DNA of 63,961 nt, filler included, from Lama guanicoe (GCA_013239625.1; 208 parts of 208 records of this genome joined end to end with filler, not necessarily neighbours in it); one strand, 5' to 3'. Positions 26,081-39,323 are shown, counted from the whole stretch's first letter. Notes: generated by a model not told the origin, from the letters alone. Made by a program: numbers and translations.

Positions 26081-29000
26081 NNNNNNNNNNNNNNNNNNNN
26101 NNNNNNNNNNNNNNNNNNNNNNNNTTAATTAATTAANNNNNNNNNNNNNNNNNNNNNNNNNNNNNNNNNNNNNNNNNNNNTAGCTGCTTCCCTTGCTGAG
26201 AGTCAGAAGTAAAGCCAGACAAAACAGTTGTACTAAACAAGTTTAAACAATCAGAGCAAATCAAGGATATTAAAAACTCTAGGAACAAGATTTGACAGAA
26301 GAAAGAAACTCTAAAGGGTGATATTTGAAGTCACTCTATGAAGTCATGTCTAGATTCCAAAAGTGACTGATGAGATACTAAAAAACTGNNNNNNNNNNNN
26401 NNNNNNNNNNNNNNNNNNNNNNNNNNNNNNNNTTAATTAATTAANNNNNNNNNNNNNNNNNNNNNNNNNNNNNNNNNNNNNNNNNNNNGTGTTTGCAAAT
26501 GAAGATACGCAAAGAAATGCACCAGGATACTCACGACACTTCCCGTCTGGACATGGGATGAGACTTTTTTCTTGGGGGCTTTCTGTTTATTTCATGGTTT
26601 TTTTTGTTTTGTTTTGCACAAAGGACACATATGAGGCTAAGTTATGATGTGGCAAGAAACAGCCATGAATCTCAGTGGCTGAACACCACGCTGGTGNNNN
26701 NNNNNNNNNNNNNNNNNNNNNNNNNNNNNNNNNNNNNNNNTTAATTAATTAANNNNNNNNNNNNNNNNNNNNNNNNNNNNNNNNNNNNNNNNNNNNAAAA
26801 AATAGCATTATTTGGCTCTAAATCTGATTTTACAGTATTTTCTTTTAAAAAATTAAAAAGTTCTTCTGAGATAAAAGTGAAGTCTACCAGGCATAATGTT
26901 GGTAAAGTACAAATCCAATATTTGTTTAACGTTAAACATTAAATTTCAGCATTGTCCTTTTTTAACTTAGTTGTATTTTTGTGTGTCCACCAATTAACAT
27001 GACCNNNNNNNNNNNNNNNNNNNNNNNNNNNNNNNNNNNNNNNNNNNNTTAATTAATTAANNNNNNNNNNNNNNNNNNNNNNNNNNNNNNNNNNNNNNNN
27101 NNNNAAACTGCTACCGACATCTGCCATTTTCTGTCACCTCAGGCCATCTCTGAGCCCCCTCTTGTCTACTGATTGCCTTACTTCGATTACAAGGCACTGA
27201 GGCAGGATGTGTCTTGTGTCTCCACTCCGTGTTGAGCATTTCCTTAGCATTAAATGGAGTATTGTCTGTGGTTCATTAGTTCATTCATCTTGCAAATGAT
27301 TACTAAATGCATNNNNNNNNNNNNNNNNNNNNNNNNNNNNNNNNNNNNNNNNNNNNTTAATTAATTAANNNNNNNNNNNNNNNNNNNNNNNNNNNNNNNN
27401 NNNNNNNNNNNNGACATCTTCCCCATGTCAATTTTACTTGAATATTTGGGAGAAAAAAAAAATTTAACTAATAAGAACTTTATAATTCTTATCATAATAC
27501 AGTAAAACTACAAAATATCTTTAAAGCACTTACAGGTGGACATTTTAAAATCCCCATTAAACAACACTTAAATGAAAGGGGAAATAAAAACCACAATATC
27601 AGTATTTCTTAAAAACAATANNNNNNNNNNNNNNNNNNNNNNNNNNNNNNNNNNNNNNNNNNNNTTAATTAATTAANNNNNNNNNNNNNNNNNNNNNNNN
27701 NNNNNNNNNNNNNNNNNNNNTTGAATTTAGCATAACAGGGTTTTTAACCTCTTTGATTTTGTGTTTTTTCCCACTTTTTTGAAAAATATAAAAATTCACA
27801 TAGTTAAAAAGGCAAAGTTATATTTATATAACTTCTCTCTCTATATATATATTTCTCTAAACATATGTATGTATATTTATGTATTTCTTATATGCCTCCC
27901 TCTACATCCCTTTGCTACCAGTAGCCATNNNNNNNNNNNNNNNNNNNNNNNNNNNNNNNNNNNNNNNNNNNNTTAATTAATTAANNNNNNNNNNNNNNNN
28001 NNNNNNNNNNNNNNNNNNNNNNNNNNNNGGGCTCTACTGTCACCCCTGTCTCCCGAGTATCTCATCGCTGTGACCAAACTGGTGTTTCTAGCATAAACCA
28101 GGGGATGTGGTCTCTGCACATTTCCATTCTGGGCAGGATCCAATGGGCTTCCTTGAGCTCCCAGGTCCTCCCAGAAGTGTGAAGAGGAAGCACCCTGGGC
28201 TCTGGACGTGGACCTTCTGGGTCTGTTTCCCAGCAGNNNNNNNNNNNNNNNNNNNNNNNNNNNNNNNNNNNNNNNNNNNNTTAATTAATTAANNNNNNNN
28301 NNNNNNNNNNNNNNNNNNNNNNNNNNNNNNNNNNNNAGAAATAATCAGCAAGGCTGCTGGCTGCTCCAGCGTGCACTGTGCACGGTGTCATCGCATTGCC
28401 ACCACGTCTGCCTAAGCCACCAGCATCTCACCCCAAACACTGCAAAGCCTCCTAAGAAAACGCCCTGCTTCCACGTCCCCCTCCTGCAGTTAGCACTCCA
28501 GGTAGTGGGCAGAGGGATCGTCTCAAAATGCTAACGAGGCTGTCNNNNNNNNNNNNNNNNNNNNNNNNNNNNNNNNNNNNNNNNNNNNTTAATTAATTAA
28601 NNNNNNNNNNNNNNNNNNNNNNNNNNNNNNNNNNNNNNNNNNNNCCAGATGTCCCCCAGGTGTTCTACAGTCTCCTGTCTGGCAACATTGAGCATGGCTG
28701 CCAGGATGCTGGAAGCTGAACAAGGAAAGAAGCAGCAGAGGTTCAGCTTACAATTTGTAAATAAGGCTCTTGTTTTCAACAGCACAGTTTGTGCCCCTAC
28801 CTAACCTTTGCTCTCAGCATGAAATTTTATGAGATTTAATCATTTCTAAAACNNNNNNNNNNNNNNNNNNNNNNNNNNNNNNNNNNNNNNNNNNNNTTAA
28901 TTAATTAANNNNNNNNNNNNNNNNNNNNNNNNNNNNNNNNNNNNNNNNNNNNGTACAGGTTAGAGACCGGGAAGCTAAGGTGTAGGCGTAGTCGAGAAAA

Positions 29001-30184
29001 CCAGTACGCATTGTCTCTCTGGGTGCTCACTATTTCCCTGGACCTCTGAGCATGGAGCAAGGATTTTGCTGCTGAGAGAGTGATAACAGATTTGGAGGGC
29101 AGTGGGCTGGAAGTCTCTGCGGGAATGGAAACACCTTTGATGACACCATCAGGAGGTGGTNNNNNNNNNNNNNNNNNNNNNNNNNNNNNNNNNNNNNNNN
29201 NNNNTTAATTAATTAANNNNNNNNNNNNNNNNNNNNNNNNNNNNNNNNNNNNNNNNNNNNAAACTATCTTCGTTGCTATAGCTTTATAGTAGGTCTTGAG
29301 ATGAAAAAAAAAATCCTCTAACTGTGTTCTTTAAGATTGTCCGGCTAGTTTAGTTTCTTTGATTTCCATTAAAAAAAAAAAAGAATTAGCCTGCAACTTT
29401 CTTAAAAACAAACAAACAAAAAAATGCCTGCTGACACTCATGAACATTTATCTCAGAGAAATAAAAATNNNNNNNNNNNNNNNNNNNNNNNNNNNNNNNN
29501 NNNNNNNNNNNNTTAATTAATTAANNNNNNNNNNNNNNNNNNNNNNNNNNNNNNNNNNNNNNNNNNNNTGGGTTCCCCCATCCTCATCTGCTCTCTGGCA
29601 AGTGTGTCTGCTAATTAGGAGCTTCCCCAGCCCTCAGGCCCTTCAAAGTTCAGACCATGGAAGAACCTTGAGTCACTTCTCCTGGTCCTCCTTGGTGAGA
29701 ATCGAGTGCCTTCTGAGGTGACCTGTACCAGGAGATGCCTCCCCCTCCAGGGAGCACCCTTCGGAGGACTGTGACTNNNNNNNNNNNNNNNNNNNNNNNN
29801 NNNNNNNNNNNNNNNNNNNNTTAATTAATTAANNNNNNNNNNNNNNNNNNNNNNNNNNNNNNNNNNNNNNNNNNNNCAGTGATCTGCCATATGTGAGCGG
29901 GGGTAATCTCCTTGAGCCAACTGGGGCTGTTGTGAAGGTTAAAATGATGTATGGTAGATGTCCTGCCCAGCGACTGTTGTTGCAGTGTACTTCCTCAAAG
30001 TCAGCTAAAGGGTGGTAGGCCCAGGCTGGCTTCCCGTCTTCTTCTTAAGAGCTCTTCTCTAAAACTACCAAACGCAAGTTTGAANNNNNNNNNNNNNNNN
30101 NNNNNNNNNNNNNNNNNNNNNNNNNNNNTTAATTAATTAANNNNNNNNNNNNNNNNNNNNNNNNNNNNNNNNNNNNNNNNNNNN

Positions 30185-30392
30185 CCACCATTCAAAGGTA
30201 CCACTTAGTTGCTGACTGTATTCCCCGCACTGTACACTTCATCCTTGTGCCTTATTTATTTGGTCTTCATCTCCCTCGCCTATCTCCTTCCTCCCTCCAC
30301 CCCTCACCTCTGACAGGCACCGGTTTGTTCTCGGTATTTGTGAGTCTGTTTCTGCTTTGTTATGTTTGTTCCTTTGCTTTGTTTTTTAGGTT
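30185..30392 (-). mobile_element. LINE-1 3' UTR fragment
   Basis: tgactgtattccccgcactgtaca...tttgttctc...tgtgagtctgtttctgctttgttatgtttgttc. Confidence 0.75.
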
Positions 30393-30492
30393 NNNNNNNN
30401 NNNNNNNNNNNNNNNNNNNNNNNNNNNNNNNNNNNNTTAATTAATTAANNNNNNNNNNNNNNNNNNNNNNNNNNNNNNNNNNNNNNNNNNNN

Positions 30493-30700
30493 TTTTCTCT
30501 CGAGCTCCCCCACGCACTGACAATGGTTCCGGAATACTGAGTTTGTGAGGTTCCAACAACGGTCGGCAGCGCTTGGATTCTAACGGAATGACTAAGCTCG
30601 TCTCCCCTGAGGGTTTTACTTATGTCTCTGTGACAGGGAAAGCTACGGCGCTTTGCAGGAATTCCCAGTGAAAGAGGCTGCCTCCCCAAAGTCAGAAATT
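30493..30700 (+). repeat. Satellite DNA, ~266-bp monomer family (copy A)
   Basis: Shares ctctcgagctcccccac and tttgcagga..tcccag motifs with 36961..37167 in circularly permuted order. Confidence 0.85.
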
Positions 30701-31396
30701 NNNNNNNNNNNNNNNNNNNNNNNNNNNNNNNNNNNNNNNNNNNNTTAATTAATTAANNNNNNNNNNNNNNNNNNNNNNNNNNNNNNNNNNNNNNNNNNNN
30801 AGTCCTCAGGTTCCTCAAAGAGCTAATTGTTTCTCCCCTCGCCCCTACGTCCATCCTTCTGGGCAAGTTCAGAAATGTAACTCACGTGTGTCTGACCTAA
30901 ATCCCCTTTCTTCTCCTTCAGTCCAGTGGAACCAAAGGTTTAAGCTTCCCCCAGATCCGTCCAGTCTGGAAAGGACCCTCTTCCCCACCTTTGTAATGTT
31001 CTATAGCCNNNNNNNNNNNNNNNNNNNNNNNNNNNNNNNNNNNNNNNNNNNNTTAATTAATTAANNNNNNNNNNNNNNNNNNNNNNNNNNNNNNNNNNNN
31101 NNNNNNNNATCTTCAGCACATGGTTTGCCCAACAGGCTGGCTCTCCCAGAAGAGACACACATCACTTCAACTTTCATCGCGTGGGCTAGAACTTACTCAT
31201 AAAGCCACTGAAAACTTAAAGGGGGCAAAGAAATGAAGTTCAGTTGTGTAGGTAGGGAAAAATACTGGGGGAGGATTTTGTGGCTAGCTAGCTTTTTAGT
31301 TATGATTCCTGCTGATNNNNNNNNNNNNNNNNNNNNNNNNNNNNNNNNNNNNNNNNNNNNTTAATTAATTAANNNNNNNNNNNNNNNNNNNNNNNN

Positions 31397-31581
31397 NNNN
31401 NNNNNNNNNNNNNNNNTCTAAGTCTTCAACTGACTGGATAGGAACCACTCAAAATAAAGAGGGGAATCTGCTTTACTCAGTCTTCTGATTCACAAATTAA
31501 TCTCATCCAGAATTGCCCTCATGGACACACCCAGGATAAGGTTTGTCCAAATGTCTGGGCACCATTAAATTAATCATCACA
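31397..31581 (+). mobile_element. MLT2 (ERVL) LTR 3' end
   Basis: ttcaactgactggatagg...aatctgctttactcagtc...taatctcatccag...acacacccag...aaattaatcatcaca. Confidence 0.8.
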
Positions 31582-31724
31582 ACAGGTCTAATCCAGAGGT
31601 GACAATGTCACGGGCCTTCAGAGANNNNNNNNNNNNNNNNNNNNNNNNNNNNNNNNNNNNNNNNNNNNTTAATTAATTAANNNNNNNNNNNNNNNNNNNN
31701 NNNNNNNNNNNNNNNNNNNNNNNN

Positions 31725-31932
31725 AGAGATTATAGATTAAACAACACAGAATTTAGAATATAAAATGAAGAACACAGAATTAAGAATATAGAATACGGAA
31801 TACTGAAAATAGAATTTTGAATATAGAATGTAGAACACAGAAATTTGAATATAGAATACGGAATACAGAATATAGAATACAGCATATAGAATGTTGAAAA
31901 CAGAATATAGAATATGGAAAAAAAATACAGAT
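31725..31932 (+). repeat. Degenerate heptamer satellite (AGAATAT/AGAATAC)n
   Basis: 7-bp periodicity across the whole fragment. Confidence 0.9.
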
Positions 31933-34804
31933 NNNNNNNNNNNNNNNNNNNNNNNNNNNNNNNNNNNNNNNNNNNNTTAATTAATTAANNNNNNNNNNNN
32001 NNNNNNNNNNNNNNNNNNNNNNNNNNNNNNNNTGGCCCTGGGCCTGTGGCCTCTCTGAGTGATGAGGAGGCAAAGCTGCTGATTTGCTCCCCATCGTGAT
32101 GTCAGGGCCACTGATGGCAAACACTGCCCCGTCCGTGAGGCTCCCGAGGCCCAGCCCACAGCCGGCCCTCCCAAGGGTGTCCCCACAGCCGCCTATGCAG
32201 TCCCAGTGGGGACACATGCAACCTGAACTTGGCAGCAGCANNNNNNNNNNNNNNNNNNNNNNNNNNNNNNNNNNNNNNNNNNNNTTAATTAATTAANNNN
32301 NNNNNNNNNNNNNNNNNNNNNNNNNNNNNNNNNNNNNNNNAGCAACAGCACAAACAAAGGGAATACACAGCGACCCGAGGCGGAGACAGCGGAGGATGAC
32401 ACCTCTCCCCAGGGGCTGGCGTGCCCCGCAGCCAGGTCTTCACATCAGAAACTCCGAGCACCGCTGGTGAGAAGGACAGAGAGGAATTCGAGGGAGAGAG
32501 GATCTTGGCTCGACTGAGTAGTGTCCAAAGGAGACTGACTTATAAGCCNNNNNNNNNNNNNNNNNNNNNNNNNNNNNNNNNNNNNNNNNNNNTTAATTAA
32601 TTAANNNNNNNNNNNNNNNNNNNNNNNNNNNNNNNNNNNNNNNNNNNNAACCTTGGTGAAAGGGTGTGGCGGAGGGAAAAAATGAGTGTATGTCCACGTC
32701 ACAGTACACTGTACCAAACTCTGCAGTCACATGGTACATTTTCTGGGCCAGAGATTGATGACAAGCACCTGACTCCGATGAGGACCTTCCCAGCCCACAT
32801 CCTGCTTATCCCCTTAGGAATAACCCAAATGCCTATCAGCAGGCGAATGAGTCAACNNNNNNNNNNNNNNNNNNNNNNNNNNNNNNNNNNNNNNNNNNNN
32901 TTAATTAATTAANNNNNNNNNNNNNNNNNNNNNNNNNNNNNNNNNNNNNNNNNNNNTTAATGTCATGCCTCCTAACAGGGATTAGGGGTCCCAGCAGTGA
33001 CTCTCCAGAGAGCCCCAAGACACATAGATGTGTGAGAGGGCCCAAGTAACCCAGACATTAAAGGGTGTAGCCAAAAGGCCACTGGAACAAATGACCCCAA
33101 GTCGTTTCCCATCTCGATCCAGGATCCTGCAGATTGAACCTGAGCTCTGAGGGGCTGCCAATGANNNNNNNNNNNNNNNNNNNNNNNNNNNNNNNNNNNN
33201 NNNNNNNNTTAATTAATTAANNNNNNNNNNNNNNNNNNNNNNNNNNNNNNNNNNNNNNNNNNNNAGGGGAGTCCTCATGAGGCCAGTAGTCCCCCCAAAC
33301 TAAGCCCTCAGGAAAAAGATCCAGCCAACCCTTCAGTGTCACCATAGAGCCATTCCATCCTCATCACGGTGCCTCTGTGCTCCTTTGTCCTGAGGCCTCT
33401 GTTCCCCCTACACCCAGAATACATTTCTCCCTCTCTTCTCTGAGTGTCCCCTCACTTCACACGTGGTCCCTGNNNNNNNNNNNNNNNNNNNNNNNNNNNN
33501 NNNNNNNNNNNNNNNNTTAATTAATTAANNNNNNNNNNNNNNNNNNNNNNNNNNNNNNNNNNNNNNNNNNNNAATTTATTAATCAGCTGTTAGAATACCT
33601 ACATTAGTAAAGTAGTTGTAATCTATATATAATTACACAGTTAATAACTGTGGAATATAATGGAAGAAATTATGCATCAAAAGATTAATAAATTACTTGA
33701 AAACTTGCTTGGAAAATGAGCTAAGAATTGTAAAGTGATGCTATGAAAAAAATTAATACTCATGAATGAAGTGGGATAAANNNNNNNNNNNNNNNNNNNN
33801 NNNNNNNNNNNNNNNNNNNNNNNNTTAATTAATTAANNNNNNNNNNNNNNNNNNNNNNNNNNNNNNNNNNNNNNNNNNNNATTCAGATTCCTGTTTCTTA
33901 TTTTTAAAGAATATCTTTTTAAAATATTTGTTTTATTTTTTAATTTTTATACTTTTAATTTGATACTTTACACATACTACAAAACAATGCCTATATTCCC
34001 CATGTTGTACAATGTATCATAGAGGCTATCTTACACCCGACAGTTTGTATCTCCTACTCCCCAACCCATGTACTGCCCCTCTCCCTCCNNNNNNNNNNNN
34101 NNNNNNNNNNNNNNNNNNNNNNNNNNNNNNNNTTAATTAATTAANNNNNNNNNNNNNNNNNNNNNNNNNNNNNNNNNNNNNNNNNNNNTGCAGAAAGGTG
34201 ATCGCCAGCTGAGGCTGCTGGGTGGCTTAGGCACAGCCTTCTGGGCCTGTGACTGGGACAGGCGCCACAGGCTAGTCTCACGAAGCCTACACTGCCTCCC
34301 TCTGGCCCATGCCAGAAATTACAGGAAAACTCTTCCTCCTGTCGTGCTCCCCCAGGACTTTCTCAGCTTAACATGGTACTCACTTTAGAAGAGAAANNNN
34401 NNNNNNNNNNNNNNNNNNNNNNNNNNNNNNNNNNNNNNNNTTAATTAATTAANNNNNNNNNNNNNNNNNNNNNNNNNNNNNNNNNNNNNNNNNNNNTCAC
34501 AAACTATTTAAAACTAGACCAAATCAGCATGAAAATGAAGTCACACGTTCATGGGATTCATTACCAAATTCAGGAACTCTGAGGAATTTCATGAGGATCA
34601 ATTCTGGAAAAGGCAACCCGTCTCCTGAAAGTTATTTGCTTTAGTTTTGTATCCGTAATATATTCACTCAACTATGTAGGGAGCTGTCATAGTCCAAGCA
34701 TTTTNNNNNNNNNNNNNNNNNNNNNNNNNNNNNNNNNNNNNNNNNNNNTTAATTAATTAANNNNNNNNNNNNNNNNNNNNNNNNNNNNNNNNNNNNNNNN
34801 NNNN

Positions 34805-35012
34805 CCGCTCCCGCGCGCCCCGCCCGCGCGCCGCCGCCGCTGCCGCCGCCGGGGCTCCACCGCCTTCTGCGTCCCAGTGGGTGTCGGACGCTCCCGGACC
34901 GAGCGCCAAACCCGGCAGCCCAATCGCCATCGCTTTTATTTGGCCCCCCCAGTCCAACCAAGCGCCGCCCCGATTGGCGGGACGCGAGGCGGGCTCCCGT
35001 CCAATCACAGGG
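34805..35012 (-). promoter_or_regulatory. EZH2: EZH2 core promoter and non-coding exon 1 (CpG island; E2F site and CCAAT boxes)
   Basis: Reverse complement reads ggcggcgcttg...gggggggccaaataaaagcgatggcgattgggctgccgggtttggcgctcggtccg...gcgtccgacaccc...agaaggcggtggagccccggcggcggc, matching my recollection of the human EZH2 mRNA 5' end. E2F site TTTGGCGC at 34903..34910; CCAAT/ATTGG at 34920, 34973 and 35001. Confidence 0.88.
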
Positions 35013-35420
35013 NNNNNNNNNNNNNNNNNNNNNNNNNNNNNNNNNNNNNNNNNNNNTTAATTAATTAANNNNNNNNNNNNNNNNNNNNNNNNNNNNNNNN
35101 NNNNNNNNNNNNCTGAATTAGTGGATTAAAGCATATGAATATTTTTGACTCTTGATATGAATTGCCAGACAGATTTCTGAGAAGGCTGGGGGAGTACACC
35201 AGAAATTAACACAACATTGTAAATCAACCATACTTCACCAAAAATATCCAATAAACTAGGCATGGGATTGGTGATCACTGGCACTTCATCCTCATAAACA
35301 GAGTTGTGTCACTTGAGAGGNNNNNNNNNNNNNNNNNNNNNNNNNNNNNNNNNNNNNNNNNNNNTTAATTAATTAANNNNNNNNNNNNNNNNNNNNNNNN
35401 NNNNNNNNNNNNNNNNNNNN

Positions 35421-35628
35421 TTATACATGAACATACATATATTCATTGTCACATTTATTTTTTGCTGTGGGCTACCACAAGGTCTTGTATATATTTCCCT
35501 ATACTGTACAGTATAATCTTGTTAATCTCTATCTGTTCTGCATATGCCTGTCAATATCTGCAAATTTTGAACTCCCAGCCTGTCCTTTCCCACCCCCCAC
35601 CCCCTTGGCAACCACAAGTTTGTATTCT
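35421..35628 (-). mobile_element. LINE-1 3' UTR fragment
   Basis: atatatttccctatactgtacagtataatctt...ccccttggcaaccacaagtttgtattct. Confidence 0.8.
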
Positions 35629-35779
35629 NNNNNNNNNNNNNNNNNNNNNNNNNNNNNNNNNNNNNNNNNNNNTTAATTAATTAANNNNNNNNNNNNNNNN
35701 NNNNNNNNNNNNNNNNNNNNNNNNNNNNATACAGAAGAAATTTGTTTTTTATTCTATTTTATAAATTGTGGTTAATACT

Positions 35780-35936
35780 TACAAATCTCCACTGCCAAGA
35801 TATGAAAGCAGCCTAAGAGTCCTATCAAAAGATAAAGATGTAGTATATGCATATACAGTGGAATGCTACTCAGTCATCAAAAAGAAGAAAATCTTGCCAT
35901 TTGCAGCAACGTGGATGGACTGGGAGGGCATTATGC
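35780..35936 (+). mobile_element. LINE-1 ORF2 end fragment
   Basis: Encodes ...ILPFAATWMDWEGIM, the L1 ORF2 C-terminal motif. Confidence 0.85.
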
Positions 35937-36960
35937 NNNNNNNNNNNNNNNNNNNNNNNNNNNNNNNNNNNNNNNNNNNNTTAATTAATTAANNNNNNNN
36001 NNNNNNNNNNNNNNNNNNNNNNNNNNNNNNNNNNNNTCAACTTTTCCTCCTTCACAAGAAGAGCACGTGCAGATGTGCAGGCAGCACACCCAGGGCAGCT
36101 GACCCACAGTGAGCTGTCACCAGGGAGGGTGTCATCACTGAATCCTTTCCATCAAACAGAGGCTGAAGAGCCGCAAAGCTGACACCATGGAACCTGTGTG
36201 CTAGACTCACGAAGAAAAGCTGTCAGCATGTCCAGGGCAGCTGGNNNNNNNNNNNNNNNNNNNNNNNNNNNNNNNNNNNNNNNNNNNNTTAATTAATTAA
36301 NNNNNNNNNNNNNNNNNNNNNNNNNNNNNNNNNNNNNNNNNNNNTGTTTGCTGTAAACGAAATAATCTGTCTGTCTCAAGATGAAGATATTCCCCCAGGC
36401 TCCTATAAAGAAAGGATACGAGGCGCTAAGATTTTGAGTTCTGTGACCTGCACTTGTGGTTGTTAATTGCCTCAGGATAGCATCTGATAGTCATCAGTAT
36501 TAAGGAGTTGAGTCCAGAAAGACCATGAGAACTACATGAAAATATGATTAAANNNNNNNNNNNNNNNNNNNNNNNNNNNNNNNNNNNNNNNNNNNNTTAA
36601 TTAATTAANNNNNNNNNNNNNNNNNNNNNNNNNNNNNNNNNNNNNNNNNNNNAAAGAACTATTTTGTATTACAGTGTTAAAATCAAATAAACATTTAAAT
36701 GCTGTCATCAAAGTCCAAAGTAATGATAACCGAAAAATAATTTAGGAAGAACCACTGTAAGTTAATATCTCTCACATCAAGAATATGGGTGAACAGAATG
36801 CATAAGTAAAGGAGTTGGAAGGAAAAGGAATTTGAAACTGGGAACTTCCATAGGCTGATANNNNNNNNNNNNNNNNNNNNNNNNNNNNNNNNNNNNNNNN
36901 NNNNTTAATTAATTAANNNNNNNNNNNNNNNNNNNNNNNNNNNNNNNNNNNNNNNNNNNN

Positions 36961-37167
36961 TGCTAGGGGGGTTTGCAGGAAGTCCCAGGGACAGAGGCTG
37001 CCTCCTCAATGTGAGGGAAGATATTTCTCGGACTTCCCCGAACAGGGAAAGCCTGTGACTGAAGAGAGATGCGTGGAGTTGCCTCTCGAGCTCCCCCACA
37101 CACTGACAATTGTTCCGAAATCCTGAGCGTGGGGAGGTTCTACTAACGGTCGGCAGCGCGTGGGTTC
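36961..37167 (+). repeat. Satellite DNA, ~266-bp monomer family (copy B; 207-bp contig)
   Basis: Permuted homolog of 30493..30700 and reverse-complement homolog of 57288..57494. Confidence 0.85.
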
Positions 37168-37267
37168 NNNNNNNNNNNNNNNNNNNNNNNNNNNNNNNNN
37201 NNNNNNNNNNNTTAATTAATTAANNNNNNNNNNNNNNNNNNNNNNNNNNNNNNNNNNNNNNNNNNNN

Positions 37268-37475
37268 GTAAACAGTGCTGTTATCAACACTGGGGTGCAT
37301 GTATCTTTTAAAAATAGAGTTTTCCTCTTTTTCAGATACATCCTCATGAATGGGACTGCTGGATCCTATGGTAAGTCTATTTTTAGTTTTTTAGGGAACC
37401 TCCATACTGATTTCCATATTGGCTGTATCAATCTACATTCCCACCAACAGTGTAGGAGGGTTCCCTTTTCTCCAC
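37268..37475 (-). mobile_element. LINE-1 ORF2 C-terminal fragment
   Basis: ggggtgcatgtatcttt...ggaacctccatactg...tacattcccaccaacagtgtaggagggttcccttttctccac. Confidence 0.92.
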
Positions 37476-37575
37476 NNNNNNNNNNNNNNNNNNNNNNNNN
37501 NNNNNNNNNNNNNNNNNNNTTAATTAATTAANNNNNNNNNNNNNNNNNNNNNNNNNNNNNNNNNNNNNNNNNNNN

Positions 37576-37783
37576 ACTCAGGGAACAGAAGCTAAGGGAT
37601 ACTAATAGATTCCAGTTGCTGCTGACGGTTTGAGGAATTTCCCCACACTCAGAATACCAGAACATATCTTCTGGTGTGTGATGGATGTAGGGAAACAGTC
37701 AAAGCAACTTTCAGCGGGCACATTTATTCCATGATTGTGGGTTGTAGGTTAAAACCCACATCCCATGGATACGCTCTCGCTTA
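37576..37783 (-). repeat. Diverged member of the ~266-bp satellite family
   Basis: actcagggaacagaagctaagggatactaatagattccagttgctgctgacggttt...cacactcagaataccagaac is colinear with the reverse complement of copy A. Confidence 0.7.
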
Positions 37784-37956
37784 NNNNNNNNNNNNNNNNN
37801 NNNNNNNNNNNNNNNNNNNNNNNNNNNTTAATTAATTAANNNNNNNNNNNNNNNNNNNNNNNNNNNNNNNNNNNNNNNNNNNNGAATGAACTGTAGTTCC
37901 CCCAGAGTTACCATGTGGGGCAGTGCGGATTACCAGCTAAGAGTATACACTCGAGA

Positions 37957-38065
37957 GGGGAGGGTACAGCTCAAGTGATGGAGCGCATTCTTAGCACGCA
38001 TAAGGTCCTGGGTTCAACCCCCAACACCTCCTCTAAAATAGGCAAATAACCCTAATTACCTCCCC
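37957..38065 (+). mobile_element. Essentially full-length tRNA-derived camelid SINE (Vic-1-like)
   Basis: ggggagggtacagctcaagtg...gagcgcattcttagcacgcataaggtcctgggttcaaccccc...cctcctctaaaat...ccctaattacctcccc. Confidence 0.88.
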
Positions 38066-38807
38066 ACACCCCACCAGAATTAGCTTATTATNNNNNNNNN
38101 NNNNNNNNNNNNNNNNNNNNNNNNNNNNNNNNNNNTTAATTAATTAANNNNNNNNNNNNNNNNNNNNNNNNNNNNNNNNNNNNNNNNNNNNAATGTGATT
38201 CAGTCAGTTTAGCCATATGTTTAAGTCTGTCTACGACCTAAGAAAATGCAAAAATGAATTAGAATTGTACCCTGCCGAGGGCTTCTGATATAGTGGGAGA
38301 GACAAATAATTCTGTAAATATAATAAAGGCTTAGAGGATGGCAGAGTAAAAGAAAGCCATAAATACTACATGAATATCAAGGCTGTAACAATTACTTCCN
38401 NNNNNNNNNNNNNNNNNNNNNNNNNNNNNNNNNNNNNNNNNNNTTAATTAATTAANNNNNNNNNNNNNNNNNNNNNNNNNNNNNNNNNNNNNNNNNNNNC
38501 AAAAAAAATAGTTAAAGCCAACTGCATTTTATAATTTCTAATGACTACAGGGGGAAAGTTAAGAATGGAACAGGGCTAATTTCAACTGCAGAAGTAATAC
38601 TTGTAGTTTGGCATTATCAAACATTTTTCATTTTATTAATTGAAATGACCTCAAAAATTAGAACCAATCACTTTTGAGTTATAGATAGGATAAATTCTTT
38701 AATTTGANNNNNNNNNNNNNNNNNNNNNNNNNNNNNNNNNNNNNNNNNNNNTTAATTAATTAANNNNNNNNNNNNNNNNNNNNNNNNNNNNNNNNNNNNN
38801 NNNNNNN

Positions 38808-39323
38808 AAAAATAAAGGCTGAGAAAATGTGTCAGAATGAAAATGCGCACAAGGTGCGACCATTATTGTTTGTTCCACTACCACTTTACTTTACTGTTTT
38901 GAATAAATATTTGTAACTATGTGGGGTGGTTAAAAGAAACAGAACCTAAGTACATCCTTAAAATATCTTAAATTCTACTGAATACTGCTTTTAGGAGTTA
39001 ATGTATACCCAGTGTNNNNNNNNNNNNNNNNNNNNNNNNNNNNNNNNNNNNNNNNNNNNTTAATTAATTAANNNNNNNNNNNNNNNNNNNNNNNNNNNNN
39101 NNNNNNNNNNNNNNNAAAAATAAAGGCTGAGAAAATGTGTCAGAATGAAAATGCGCACAAGGTGTGATCATTATTGTTTGTTCCACTACCATTTTATTTT
39201 ACTATTTTGGATAAATATTTGTAACTATGTGGGGTGGTTACAAGAAATAGAACCTAAGTACATCCTTAAAATACCTTAAATTCTACTGAATACTGCTTTT
39301 AGGAGTTAATGTATACCCAGTGT
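38808..39323. repeat. Near-identical contig pair 4 (38808..39015 vs 39116..39323)
   Basis: 9 substitutions; 49-bp identical flanks. Confidence 0.97.

Noticed and set aside
37957..38030. tRNA gene
   Set aside because: The tRNA-like head is degenerate and followed by a SINE tail, and several diverged copies occur in the window.
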